From contig JACQVQ010000005.1 in the NCBI GenBank assembly GCA_016209685.1, forward strand, positions 24,655 through 88,654: a stretch of 64,000 nucleotides of DNA. The letters are read 5' to 3'. This stretch comes from Planctomycetota bacterium. GTDB lineage: Bacteria; Planctomycetota; Brocadiia; Brocadiales; Bathyanammoxibiaceae. This document shows positions 42,315-50,294 of the stretch, piece by piece. Position numbers and translations under genes: made by a program. Numbering within the stretch: position 1 is the first letter of the stretch; every line of letters begins with the position of its first letter. Under the pieces are notes generated by a model that saw only the letters and a list, made by a program, of their open reading frames with translations, was not told the DNA's origin and made no database searches.

Positions 42315-42579
42315 AGGCTTTTATCTTGCTACGCCATATCCATCAAAAATAGTGCCGTTTGCTACTTATACGTTAATTGTTTTATAATACAACATGTGTG
42401 TCTATGATAGATTGTTCCAAGTTTATGCAATAAATTAACTTAAGACAGTTTAATAATTAGCTTAAACCCGCCTCCAGCAATCCAGGACATTGTTAGGGGC
42501 TAAAAGGCGGGGCGAGGGGGGCTACATTTTACGTTGCAAGCCCGTAATTTGTAGCCATTAAACCACCCCAGATGCGGCT

Positions 42580-42673
42580 GTAGGGGCGATTCCCGTCTGA
42601 GGCGTCCTCCCGAGGCGGACTTTCCCGCCTGAGGCGGATTTTCAACAGGATTTTCAACATGAATTGCCCCTAC
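42580..42673. repeat. Composite element: GTAGGGGCGA...TTGCCCCTAC framing GGCGTCCTCCCGAGGCGGACTTTC, ccgcctgaggcgg and 2x GATTTTCAAC
   Basis: Direct reading. Lies 9 nt downstream of the pseudopilin stop. Confidence 0.85.
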
Positions 42674-42681
42674 CCCACAGC

Positions 42682-43311
42682 CTACTTTATACGGTAGGCT
42701 ATATCGTCCGCACCTATGACCATATTCGGGCCTGTCTGGTCAAAGTTTGTGTCCACCACCCTGTTAGGACCTGAGGAAAGGACATAGACGGGCTTATTCC
42801 CCTGCTCGTTTGCTGGCCAGAGGAACTTCACATTGACCAGATAGGCATGTCCCCAGGGGTCTGCACGGAATTGTTCAATGTAGGGGCCCCTCCAGGCATA
42901 CTCTAGGGTGGGGTCACCGACATTAGTAGGGTAGGCAGGGGTATTGATGCCTAGCTGGTTCAACAGGGTATCGGCAGTGTCTCCAGAGGGTGGACCACCC
43001 TGGCCGGGTAGGTTCCCTGGCCCGATCAGGAGGGCGGCCTTAGCGTCGCCAGACTGCCGGGCAGTCCCTACCTGCCAGACAGGCCAGTCCCCCAGGTCAT
43101 TATAAAAGGCGCCGAGGGCACCCCCGATAAGCTTTACGTCCTGGGTGGCCCTCCTGAGTTTGGAACTCTGGACGTACCTGGCCATCGCAGGAGCAATGAT
43201 GGACGCCAGGAGGCCGATGATAGCGAGGACTATGACTACTTCAATCAGGGTGAAACCACTGCCAGAGTTCTTACACTCAAGATAGTGTGGGACCTCACTC
43301 CTGAACCCCAT
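42682..43311 (-). CDS. Type II secretion GspG-like pseudopilin / type IV pilin-like protein, paralog A
   Basis: 209 aa. Prepilin motif G|FTLIEVVIVLAIIG after a 19-aa leader. C-terminal WRGPYIEQFRADPWGHAY (GspG-like DPWG motif). Confidence 0.85.
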   Translation of the reverse strand: MGFRSEVPHYLECKNSGSGFTLIEVVIVLAIIGLLASIIAPAMARYVQSSKLRRATQDVKLIGGALGAFYNDLGDWPVWQVGTARQSGDAKAALLIGPGNLPGQGGPPSGDTADTLLNQLGINTPAYPTNVGDPTLEYAWRGPYIEQFRADPWGHAYLVNVKFLWPANEQGNKPVYVLSSGPNRVVDTNFDQTGPNMVIGADDIAYRIK

Positions 43312-43331
43312 GGGTAATCTCCCCTTTCAGG

Positions 43332-43423
43332 GTAGGGGCGACCCGGCCCTGTACCAATCAGGTACAGGGTTTTGTTCCGCACCTTGTCCTGTACCCTTGT
43401 GGTGCAGGGCGGGTCGCCCCTAC
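43332..43423. repeat. Composite palindrome GTAGGGGCGACCCG...CGGGTCGCCCCTAC with inner CCCTGTACC-aatca-GGTACAGGG hairpin, in the pseudopilin A leader
   Basis: Outer 14-bp arms, with the inner hairpin at 43347-43369. Confidence 0.9.
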
Positions 43424-43459
43424 AGTGTAACAAACTATTACGTGACTATTTGGCGGGCA

Positions 43460-43843
43460 CTAATCATCGTGGTGCTCGTGACCCTTTCCTTTTCCTTTCT
43501 CGTGGCCCTTACCCTTCTTCTTGCCCTTCCCTTTTCCATCATCGTCGTCACCATCATCAACATCCCCACCGCCCGAAGGTGCGGGGGACGGCGTTACTTC
43601 TATTGGCGCAGGAGAAGGTGCGGGGGACGGGTTTACTGAAGGTGCAGGAGGAGGGCTGACAGCAGGCGGTGCCGAGGAATCAGGAAGGGACGGCCAACCT
43701 GCTCCCTGCTGTGCCAAAGAAAGATTTGAGAGGGCAAACAATAACCCTATTGACAGGACCACAACTCCAGGTAGCACCAGGCTACCTAATACCCTAGATA
43801 CCTTATTCATATCCATTTTCTCCACTGATGAAAAGGTTTGCAT
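43460..43843 (-). CDS. Secreted or anchored intrinsically disordered protein (Pro-rich linker, poly-Asp block, Gly-Lys/His tail)
   Basis: 127 aa. Hydrophobic signal/anchor LGSLVLPGVVVLSIGLLFALSNLSLA, then SSAPPAVSPPPAPSVNPSPAPSPAP, then GGGDVDDGDDDDGKGKGKKKGKGHEKGKGKGHEHHDD. The start could be the M10/M12 ATGs. Confidence 0.55.
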   Translation of the reverse strand: MQTFSSVEKMDMNKVSRVLGSLVLPGVVVLSIGLLFALSNLSLAQQGAGWPSLPDSSAPPAVSPPPAPSVNPSPAPSPAPIEVTPSPAPSGGGDVDDGDDDDGKGKGKKKGKGHEKGKGKGHEHHDD

Positions 43844-43850
43844 GGGCTAG

Positions 43851-43878
43851 CTAGGGGCACTGCGTGCCATGCCCCTAC
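43851..43878. repeat. Degenerate CTAGGGGCAC-tgcg-TGCCATGCCCCTAC palindrome
   Basis: Imperfect member of the GTAGGGGC family. Confidence 0.75.
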
Positions 43879-43883
43879 TCATG

Positions 43884-43918
43884 CGAAAATCCTGGGGCAG
43901 GTAGTTGCCTGCCCCAGG
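43884..43918 (-). terminator. Rho-independent terminator candidate downstream of pseudopilin B
   Basis: Minus strand reads CCTGGGGCAGG-caacta-CCTGCCCCAGG followed by ATTTTCG. 11-bp GC-rich stem with a short U-tract. Confidence 0.55.
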
Positions 43919-43955
43919 ATACGGGCCTAACTATAGGTGCATCTGATACACCCCA

Positions 43956-43985
43956 GTGAGGGCGAACACATAGGTTCGCCCCTAC
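43956..43985. repeat. GTGAGGGCGAAC-acatag-GTTCGCCCCTAC palindrome
   Basis: Member of the GTAGGGGC family (1-2 mismatches), 8 nt downstream of the pseudopilin B stop. Confidence 0.8.
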
Positions 43986-43992
43986 AGGGAGA

Positions 43993-44694
43993 CTACTTTA
44001 TGCGGAAGACTATGTCGTCTCCGGCCACTACCATGTTCGGACCAGCCTGGGCGTAGGTCGTTGCCAACACCTTGTCGGGGCCGGCAGAGATGACATAGCA
44101 CACACCATTCCCCTGCTCCCTGCCTGGCCATAGCTCTATTACATTGACCAGGTAGTTATTTCCCCATGGGTCTGCACGGAACTGTTCAATGTAGGGACCC
44201 CTCCATGCGTACTTCAGAGTAGGGTCATTTATAGTGGTAGGATAGTCAGTGGCGGCGGCATTAAAGGCGCCATCGATGTTGGGGTCGTTCACCCAGAGAT
44301 GCTGGGCCCCACTGCACTGGTCCGTCCCGGTAAGCAGGGCAGCGGTCCACCCAGCGCCTGCGGTTGCATCCTTATTGCTAGGATCGAGAGCACCGGTAGC
44401 TGTATCAACAGGGCCGAACTTAAGGATACTGTAGGCAGTGCCAGTAGTACCAGCGCCTACCATGCTATCCGCACTACCATCCTTCCAGATGGGCCACTCA
44501 CCCAGGTCGTTGTAGAAGTTGCCCATGGCGGTACCAATCATCTTCACGTCTTCCGTCGCCCTCCGCAGTTTAGCACTCTGTACGTACTTAACCATGGTAG
44601 GGGCCAGGATGCCCGCCAACATCCCTATGATGGCCAACACGATGATTATCTCTATCAGCGTGAAGCCACCGCTCTTACTCAGCTTCTTAATCAT
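43993..44694 (-). CDS. GspG-like pseudopilin / pilin-like protein, paralog B
   Basis: 233 aa. MIKKLSKSG G|FTLIEIIIVLAIIG. Same C-terminal block as paralog A (WRGPYIEQFRADPWGNNY ... GPNMVVAGDDIVFRIK). The central ~90 aa diverge. Confidence 0.85.
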   Translation of the reverse strand: MIKKLSKSGGFTLIEIIIVLAIIGMLAGILAPTMVKYVQSAKLRRATEDVKMIGTAMGNFYNDLGEWPIWKDGSADSMVGAGTTGTAYSILKFGPVDTATGALDPSNKDATAGAGWTAALLTGTDQCSGAQHLWVNDPNIDGAFNAAATDYPTTINDPTLKYAWRGPYIEQFRADPWGNNYLVNVIELWPGREQGNGVCYVISAGPDKVLATTYAQAGPNMVVAGDDIVFRIK

Positions 44695-44769
44695 GACATT
44701 CTCCTTTTTCTAAACGTTTCTAAACGGAAACCAACCACCTTGAGACAAAATACTGTACCAGGTACACTG

Positions 44770-44846
44770 AAGGCAGTAGGCAGAAGAATAAAATTTTGCT
44801 TACTCCCTACTGCCTACTACCTACTGCATATCAATCCCTACTCCCT
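44770..44846. repeat. Heptad-word inverted repeat (CAGTAGG family) with an extended CTACTNC arm
   Basis: aaggcagtaggcagaag-aataaaatttt-gcttactccctactgcctactacctactgcata..ccctactccc. Confidence 0.85.
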
Positions 44847-45151
44847 GGGCGACCCACCGGGTCGCCCCTACTAAGGGCTATCTTGACATGGGAGACGGCC
44901 TCGTCTGATCCGCATATCCACACATTTTCTTCTTCCCGCAGATTATTGTAGAAGGCACCTATGACAGTACCAGCCATTGAGTTGTCTCTCATCTCCCACC
45001 CTGACAATCCATTTTTTCCACCTGTCATATACTTATTAATGGTAAGGGTAATGGTGCTTGCGGCCAACCCAACGATTGTTACAAGGACGACTATCTCCCA
45101 CCGCCCAAAAACCACTGTTGTTTTTTTGGCATTCTCTCTTGAGAGACCCAT
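44831..45151 (-). pseudogene. Truncated, degenerate third pseudopilin copy
   Basis: 106 aa. VVFGRWEIVVLVTIVGLAAS...MAGTVIGAFYNNL aligns to GFTLIEIIIVLAIIGMLAG...MIGTAMGNFYNDL of paralog B. The Gly(-1)/Phe(+1) cleavage motif is lost and the DPWG domain is missing. The reading frame ends in the 44847-44871 palindrome (..GDPVGRPGSRD*). Confidence 0.45.
44847..44871. repeat. GGGCGACCC-acc-GGGTCGCCCCTAC palindrome (left end degenerate)
   Basis: 9-bp arms. Right end is CCCCTAC. Confidence 0.8.
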
Positions 45152-45195
45152 TCAGGCCATCCTTTCCAAGATATACACCGTATTGGGCGGACACT

Positions 45196-45253
45196 GTAGG
45201 GGCAGATCGTGCCAGAGGCAGACCCGCCTCGGGCGGGCCTATGTGTCTGCCCC
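45196..45253. repeat. Composite GTAGGGGCAGA...TCTGCCCC element enclosing cccgcctcgggcggg
   Basis: Direct reading. Confidence 0.8.
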
Positions 45254-45426
45254 AAACCCTGAGAAGGCTTATCTCAATAATCGTGCCATTTCTACCCAAA
45301 AAATTCTGTACTGGTCTAACATTTGCAAAATAATGACTTACAAAAGAATAACCCCTTACACGGCCGTCCCCCTCACAGATAGAAAGGCTACAAATCTTGT
45401 AGCCTTCCAACGGGATTTGCTGTCAT

Positions 45427-45491
45427 AGGTCTGGAGTAGGGGGTAGGGAGTAGGAAGTAGGAAGTAGGGGCACGGCACGCCGTGCCCCTAC
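45427..45491. repeat. Single TAGGGAG/TAGGAAG heptad arm fused to the palindrome GTAGGGGCACGGCACGCCGTGCCCCTAC
   Basis: aggtctggagtagggggtagggagtaggaagtaggaa + 45464-45491 (1 central mismatch vs 14774-14801). Confidence 0.9.
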
Positions 45492-45564
45492 TTCAAAAGG
45501 GGTTAAGTTTTGTCCGAAGTTCAGAACACTAATATTTGAAGTAGCTTGAGTATTACGGCAGAAT

Positions 45565-45580
45565 TGGCACGAGATTAGCT
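45565..45580 (+). promoter_or_regulatory. Candidate sigma54 (-24/-12) promoter upstream of pilT
   Basis: TGGCACG-agat-TAGCT vs the consensus TGGCACG-N4-TTGCW. The -24 heptamer is perfect, the spacing is exact, the -12 GC is conserved, and there is one mismatch. About 125 nt upstream of ATG 45705. Confidence 0.4.
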
Positions 45581-45704
45581 AATGCGTTAAGCTTTTAAGA
45601 CTCTAGAAAGGTGCGGTCTTCCGCCCCGGCCTCGCTACCTTGAAGGCAAATAAAATATTTTGGTACGGGACCGGCGTATCCAGGAGCAAAAAAGAGGTGA
45701 GAAA

Positions 45705-46781
45705 ATGTCCATAGATATAAGCGAATTGCTACTGTTTGCCAGGAAAGAAGGGGCCTCAGACCTCCACCTGAGCTCGGGGGAGCCCCCCATAATCAGGGTG
45801 GACGGAGACATAAGAAAGGTGGATGCGCCGTCGATGGTGAAAGAGGATGTGCATACCCTTCTGTACGACATCTTGAACGACCGCCAGCGCAAGATTTTTG
45901 AAGAAAAGCACGAGCTAGACCTTTCCTTTAACTTTAAAGGGGTGGGTCGCTTCAGGGTGAACGTCTTCGTACAGTCCAGAGGGGAGGCCATAGTCTTCAG
46001 GGTCATTCCAGACAAGATACCGGCCCTGGAGTCTCTAGGACTGCCGCCCATAGTAAAGGAACTTACCAACCGCCTCAGGGGGCTAATACTGGTCACTGGC
46101 CCCACGGGCAGTGGGAAGTCTACCACCCTGGCTTCCATGCTAGAACACCTCAACCAACGGGAGAGGCTTCACATCATAACCATTGAGGACCCTATAGAAT
46201 TCACGTATGAACCCAAGAACTGTCTGATTAACCAGCGGGAATTGGGTCCCCACACCTACAGTTTCGCTGCGGCCCTGAGGGCGGCCATGAGGGAGGACCC
46301 GGACGTCATACTGGTAGGAGAGATGCGCGACCTGGAGACTATAAGCCTGGCCATGACGGCGGTGGAGACGGGTCACCTGGTCTTTGCCACCCTCCACACC
46401 TCAGGGGCCGCCAGGTCTGTGAACCGTATCGTGGACGTCTTCCCGCCTTCTCAACAGGCCCAGATAAGGACTGTCTTTTCCGAGGCAGTTACGGCCGTAA
46501 TCTCCCAGCTCCTCCTCAAGCGCAAGGGGGCCAGGGGAAGGGTGTCGGCGGTGGAGGTAATGGTGGGTATACCTGCTATAAGAAACCTCATCAGGGAGGG
46601 CAAAGGCAGTCAGATTACTGCAACCATGCAGACCAGCAGGCAATTGGGGATGCAGACCATGGACTTCTCCCTGGTGGAACTCTACAAGAAGGACCTGGTG
46701 GAGAAAGAGACCATACTCCCCTACCTGAGCAGTCCGGAGGTAATAAGTAGCTTGATGGAACCTGTGGAGGAATTAGACTGA
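45705..46781 (+). CDS. pilT: Type IV pilus retraction ATPase PilT
   Basis: Start moved to MSIDISELLLFARKEGASDLHL (SD AGAGGTGAG). GPTGSGKST Walker A and the AIRNLIREGK motif. Confidence 0.92.
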   Translation: MSIDISELLLFARKEGASDLHLSSGEPPIIRVDGDIRKVDAPSMVKEDVHTLLYDILNDRQRKIFEEKHELDLSFNFKGVGRFRVNVFVQSRGEAIVFRVIPDKIPALESLGLPPIVKELTNRLRGLILVTGPTGSGKSTTLASMLEHLNQRERLHIITIEDPIEFTYEPKNCLINQRELGPHTYSFAAALRAAMREDPDVILVGEMRDLETISLAMTAVETGHLVFATLHTSGAARSVNRIVDVFPPSQQAQIRTVFSEAVTAVISQLLLKRKGARGRVSAVEVMVGIPAIRNLIREGKGSQITATMQTSRQLGMQTMDFSLVELYKKDLVEKETILPYLSSPEVISSLMEPVEELD

Positions 46782-46786
46782 AATTT

Positions 46787-48022
46787 ATGGAGTCCATTGA
46801 CTATGTCAATGGACAGCAGGCGGGCTGGAATAGTACGAAAGGACATACATTGAAGCTTGAACCCCTTTTGGAAGATATGGTGCGGAGGGACGCCTCAGAC
46901 CTTTACCTGATAGCCGGGGCCCCCGTAACCTACAGGGTAATGGGCAAGACGGAACCCGTGGGAGAACCCCTCCAGCCGGAGGACACCAAAGCCCTGGCAC
47001 TATCCCTCCTCAGCGAGAAACAGCAGGCCGAATTCCTCCAGAAGCACGAGATGAACCTCTCCTATAGTATCTCTCAGGTGGGGCGATTCAGGGTAAATTG
47101 CTTCTTCCAGAGGGGGTCCATGGGCGTGGTAATAAGGCAGATAAAATTCCTTATAAAGAGTATAGATGAGCTGGGTCTCCCCAGCCTCCTGAAAGACATT
47201 GTCATGACCAAAAGGGGACTGGTCATGGTAGTAGGGGCATCAGGCTCAGGAAAATCTACCACCCTGGCCGCCATGATTGACCATAGGAACAGTAACGCCT
47301 CAGGACACATCATCACCATTGAGGACCCCATAGAGTTTATTTACGCCCATAAACGGTCCATAGTAACCCAGAGGGAGTTAAGCCTTGATACGGAGTCTTA
47401 CGGTGAGGCCCTTAAGAACGCCTTCAGGCAGTCACCGGACGTGATACTGGTAGGAGAAATAAGGGATAAGGAGACCATGGAATCAGCCCTGGCCTTTGCA
47501 GACACGGGACACCTCTGCCTATCCACCCTCCATGGCACCAATGCCAACCAGGCCATAGAACGGATAATAACCTTCTTCCCTGCTAACCAACAAGACCAGA
47601 TACATCTCCTCCTGTCCCTCAACCTGAAGGCAGTTATCTCCCAGAGGTTGGTCCCCTGCATTGACGGTAAGCGGATAGCAGCCATGGAGATACTCCTGGG
47701 CACCGCAAGGGTGAGAGACCTTATACTGAAGAAAGAGATTGACCTGCTAAAGGACACCATGGCCCGTAGTACACAGGAGGGTATGCAGACCTTTGACCAG
47801 GCCATTTTGGAACTCTTCAAGAAAGGCCTTATAACTATTGAAACGGCGGTGGCCTACGCTGATAGCCCCAACGACCTCAGGCTGAAGATAAAGATGGAGG
47901 GTCTGCTGAAAGAACCTGAGACGAAAGCGCCCGCCTTGAAGCTCAGGAAATCTACGGAGCCATCTGCCGAATCAATAGAAAAGGCAAAGAAAGGGGAAGA
48001 GAAGAAGGCAAATGGCGGATAG
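46787..48022 (+). CDS. pilU: PilT/PilU-family ATPase with a Lys-rich C-terminal extension
   Basis: 411 aa. ASDLYLIAGAP, GASGSGKST, TLHGTNANQA. Extra ~50-aa tail ending KAKKGEEKKANGG. Confidence 0.8.
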   Translation: MESIDYVNGQQAGWNSTKGHTLKLEPLLEDMVRRDASDLYLIAGAPVTYRVMGKTEPVGEPLQPEDTKALALSLLSEKQQAEFLQKHEMNLSYSISQVGRFRVNCFFQRGSMGVVIRQIKFLIKSIDELGLPSLLKDIVMTKRGLVMVVGASGSGKSTTLAAMIDHRNSNASGHIITIEDPIEFIYAHKRSIVTQRELSLDTESYGEALKNAFRQSPDVILVGEIRDKETMESALAFADTGHLCLSTLHGTNANQAIERIITFFPANQQDQIHLLLSLNLKAVISQRLVPCIDGKRIAAMEILLGTARVRDLILKKEIDLLKDTMARSTQEGMQTFDQAILELFKKGLITIETAVAYADSPNDLRLKIKMEGLLKEPETKAPALKLRKSTEPSAESIEKAKKGEEKKANGG

Positions 48023-48027
48023 TGTCG

Positions 48028-49053
48028 TCACGGCTTTTTCAGAGTTCTCTTTATTGTGTTTGTACTATAAACTGTCTGCCAATATTTGTTGAGATAACCA
48101 AGCTTACTATCTACCCAGGCCATATTATCTATATACCACTCTACGGTATTCTTTATGCCTTCACTAAAGGGCATCTCCCCATTCCAACCAGTTTGTTCCC
48201 TCACCTTGTTTGAATTTAAAGAATATCTGAAATCGTGCCCCAATCTGTCTTTTGTAAACTCTATTAAATCTTCCGGCTTCCCTAATAACTTCAAAATGGC
48301 TTTCACTACTTCTATATTCCTCTTCTCTTCCCCACTCCCTACATTATATGTTTCTCCAACTTTACCCTTTTCTAATATCCCGAAGACACCATCGGCACAA
48401 ACGGAAACAAACAACCATTCCCTGATATTTTGTCCGGTTCCATAAACGGGTATCTTTTCATTATTCAATGCCTTTAATATTACTACTGGAATAAGTTTTT
48501 CCGGATACTGCCAGAAACCATAGGTATTTGAGGGTCTCACTGTTATTACAGGCACTCCATACGTCCTATGATATGCCCTTCCAAGCATATCGGCAGAGGC
48601 CTTGCTAACCGAATAAGGAGAATTTGGGTTTAAGGGTGTTGTTTCCAGAAATTGTCCTTCTTCTTTAAGTTCGCCATACACTTCATCGGTTGATATATTT
48701 ATAAATCTCTCTATTTCGTGCTGTTTTGAAACGTCCAGCAAGACATAGGTCCCCTTTACATTAGTGTCTAAAAAAGGGGAAGCCTCCAGTATGCTCCTGT
48801 CAACGTGGCTTTCGGCTGCAAAGTGAACAACAACCTCAGGTCTTTCTGTTTTAAAAACACCTTTTACAGATTCTCTATCTGCTATATCTACCCTGTAAAA
48901 AGTGACCTCTTTTTCTACTGCTTTTATTCTTTCAACATCACCAGCATAGGTGAGATTATCAATCAAAACTATTTTATACCCCCTCTTTACGCCCTGCCTA
49001 ACAAACTCACTCCCAATAAAACCAGCCCCACCTGTAACCAAAAGTTTTTTCAT
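48028..49053 (-). CDS. rfbB: dTDP-glucose 4,6-dehydratase
   Basis: 341 aa. VTGGAGFIGSEF, YSVSKASAD, and the extended SDR fold. Visibly AT-richer than the flanking genes. Confidence 0.93.
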   Translation of the reverse strand: MKKLLVTGGAGFIGSEFVRQGVKRGYKIVLIDNLTYAGDVERIKAVEKEVTFYRVDIADRESVKGVFKTERPEVVVHFAAESHVDRSILEASPFLDTNVKGTYVLLDVSKQHEIERFINISTDEVYGELKEEGQFLETTPLNPNSPYSVSKASADMLGRAYHRTYGVPVITVRPSNTYGFWQYPEKLIPVVILKALNNEKIPVYGTGQNIREWLFVSVCADGVFGILEKGKVGETYNVGSGEEKRNIEVVKAILKLLGKPEDLIEFTKDRLGHDFRYSLNSNKVREQTGWNGEMPFSEGIKNTVEWYIDNMAWVDSKLGYLNKYWQTVYSTNTIKRTLKKP

Positions 49054-49102
49054 TTAATCACCTTAAAAATATCTTTAAAAAGGTCTTTTTCTTGAATTTA
49101 TA

Positions 49103-49978
49103 CTAGGTCAATAAACCCAAAAGATATTGCCCATATCCATTCTTTTTAAAAGGTTCTGCAAGCTTCAATAGTTGGTCTTTATCTATGTACCCCAATCTGT
49201 ACGCAATTTCTTCTATGCATGCTACTTTCAGGCCCTGTCTTTTTTCTATAGTTGCTATAAACTCCCCAGCTTCCAGCAGACTTTCGTGTGTTCCCGTATC
49301 AAGCCACGCAAAACCTCTTCCAAGGAGTTCAACCCTAATCTTGCCATTTTTGAGATATTCTTTACTTACCTCCGTTATCTCAAGTTCCTTCCTTTCTGAG
49401 GGTTTAATACCCCTGGCAATTTTTACAACCTTGTTGTCATAAAAATATAAGCCGGTTACCGCATAATGGGATTTGGGGTCCTTGGGCTTTTCCTCCAGGG
49501 ATAAAACGTTTCTATTATCATCAAATTCAACTACACCATATCTTTCAGGGTCATTGACATAATACCCAAATATCGTTGCACCGCCCTTTGTTTTCACATC
49601 GTGCACAGATTTCTTTAATATCTCCACAAAACCATGACCATAAAAAGTATTATCTCCGAGTATAAGACAAACATCATCCGTGCCTATAAAATGCTCACCA
49701 ATTATAAATGCCTCTGCAATACCATTTGGATGGGGCTGTTCCTTATAGGTGAAATTAAGCCCTAAATGAGACCCACCACCAAATAAGTCTTTGAATCGCG
49801 GCAAATCGTGAGGAGTAGAAATTATGAGGATATCTCGTATGCCGGCAAGCATAAGCACAGATAGCGGATAATAAATCATTGGCTTGTCATAAATGGGCAA
49901 TAACTGTTTACAGACGGCCATTGTTATTGGATAAAGCCTTGTGCCACTCCCGCCCGCTAATATGATACCTTTCATCAA
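49103..49978 (-). CDS. rfbA: Glucose-1-phosphate thymidylyltransferase
   Basis: 291 aa. [17 protein letters not shown] and [10 protein letters not shown] motifs. AT-rich. Confidence 0.95.
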   Translation of the reverse strand: MMKGIILAGGSGTRLYPITMAVCKQLLPIYDKPMIYYPLSVLMLAGIRDILIISTPHDLPRFKDLFGGGSHLGLNFTYKEQPHPNGIAEAFIIGEHFIGTDDVCLILGDNTFYGHGFVEILKKSVHDVKTKGGATIFGYYVNDPERYGVVEFDDNRNVLSLEEKPKDPKSHYAVTGLYFYDNKVVKIARGIKPSERKELEITEVSKEYLKNGKIRVELLGRGFAWLDTGTHESLLEAGEFIATIEKRQGLKVACIEEIAYRLGYIDKDQLLKLAEPFKKNGYGQYLLGLLT

Positions 49979-50294
49979 CTACCCCTCCCGATTTGATAAC
50001 ATCCAGACATACGGCAGTCTCGTCCGTCGCCAGCAAGTATGCCCATTCCAACTGGCACGCTCCTGGGTTACGATTTCTTTAAATCTTCCAGGTTGAGTAT
50101 TGATTGGCAGTATTGAAATACTGTGCATCATCACTGGGGTCTTGCCGGGAAGAGCGCAGGGAAGAATGTCTGAAGGCCGTAGTAAATGTCTTGTAGTACT
50201 GTCCCCTCTTGATAAGGCCTCTCTTCTCGTAATCCTCAAACATTGCAAATTATTGCAAATAACGGCATGCAAATCAACATTTCGTATTTACTTA

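Noticed and set aside
44742-44762. sigma54 promoter upstream of pseudopilin B (TGGTAC-N..-TTTGT on the minus strand)
   Set aside because: The GG-to-GC spacing is off by one, and the -12 element lacks the GC dinucleotide.
49979-50272. 97-aa ORF (-) and a 54-aa ATG ORF (MFEDYEKRGLIKRGQYY...) in the rfbA-GT2 spacer
   Set aside because: Neither has an SD or a recognisable motif. I checked by eye for remnants of rfbC/rfbD and found none. The region is left as unexplained spacer.
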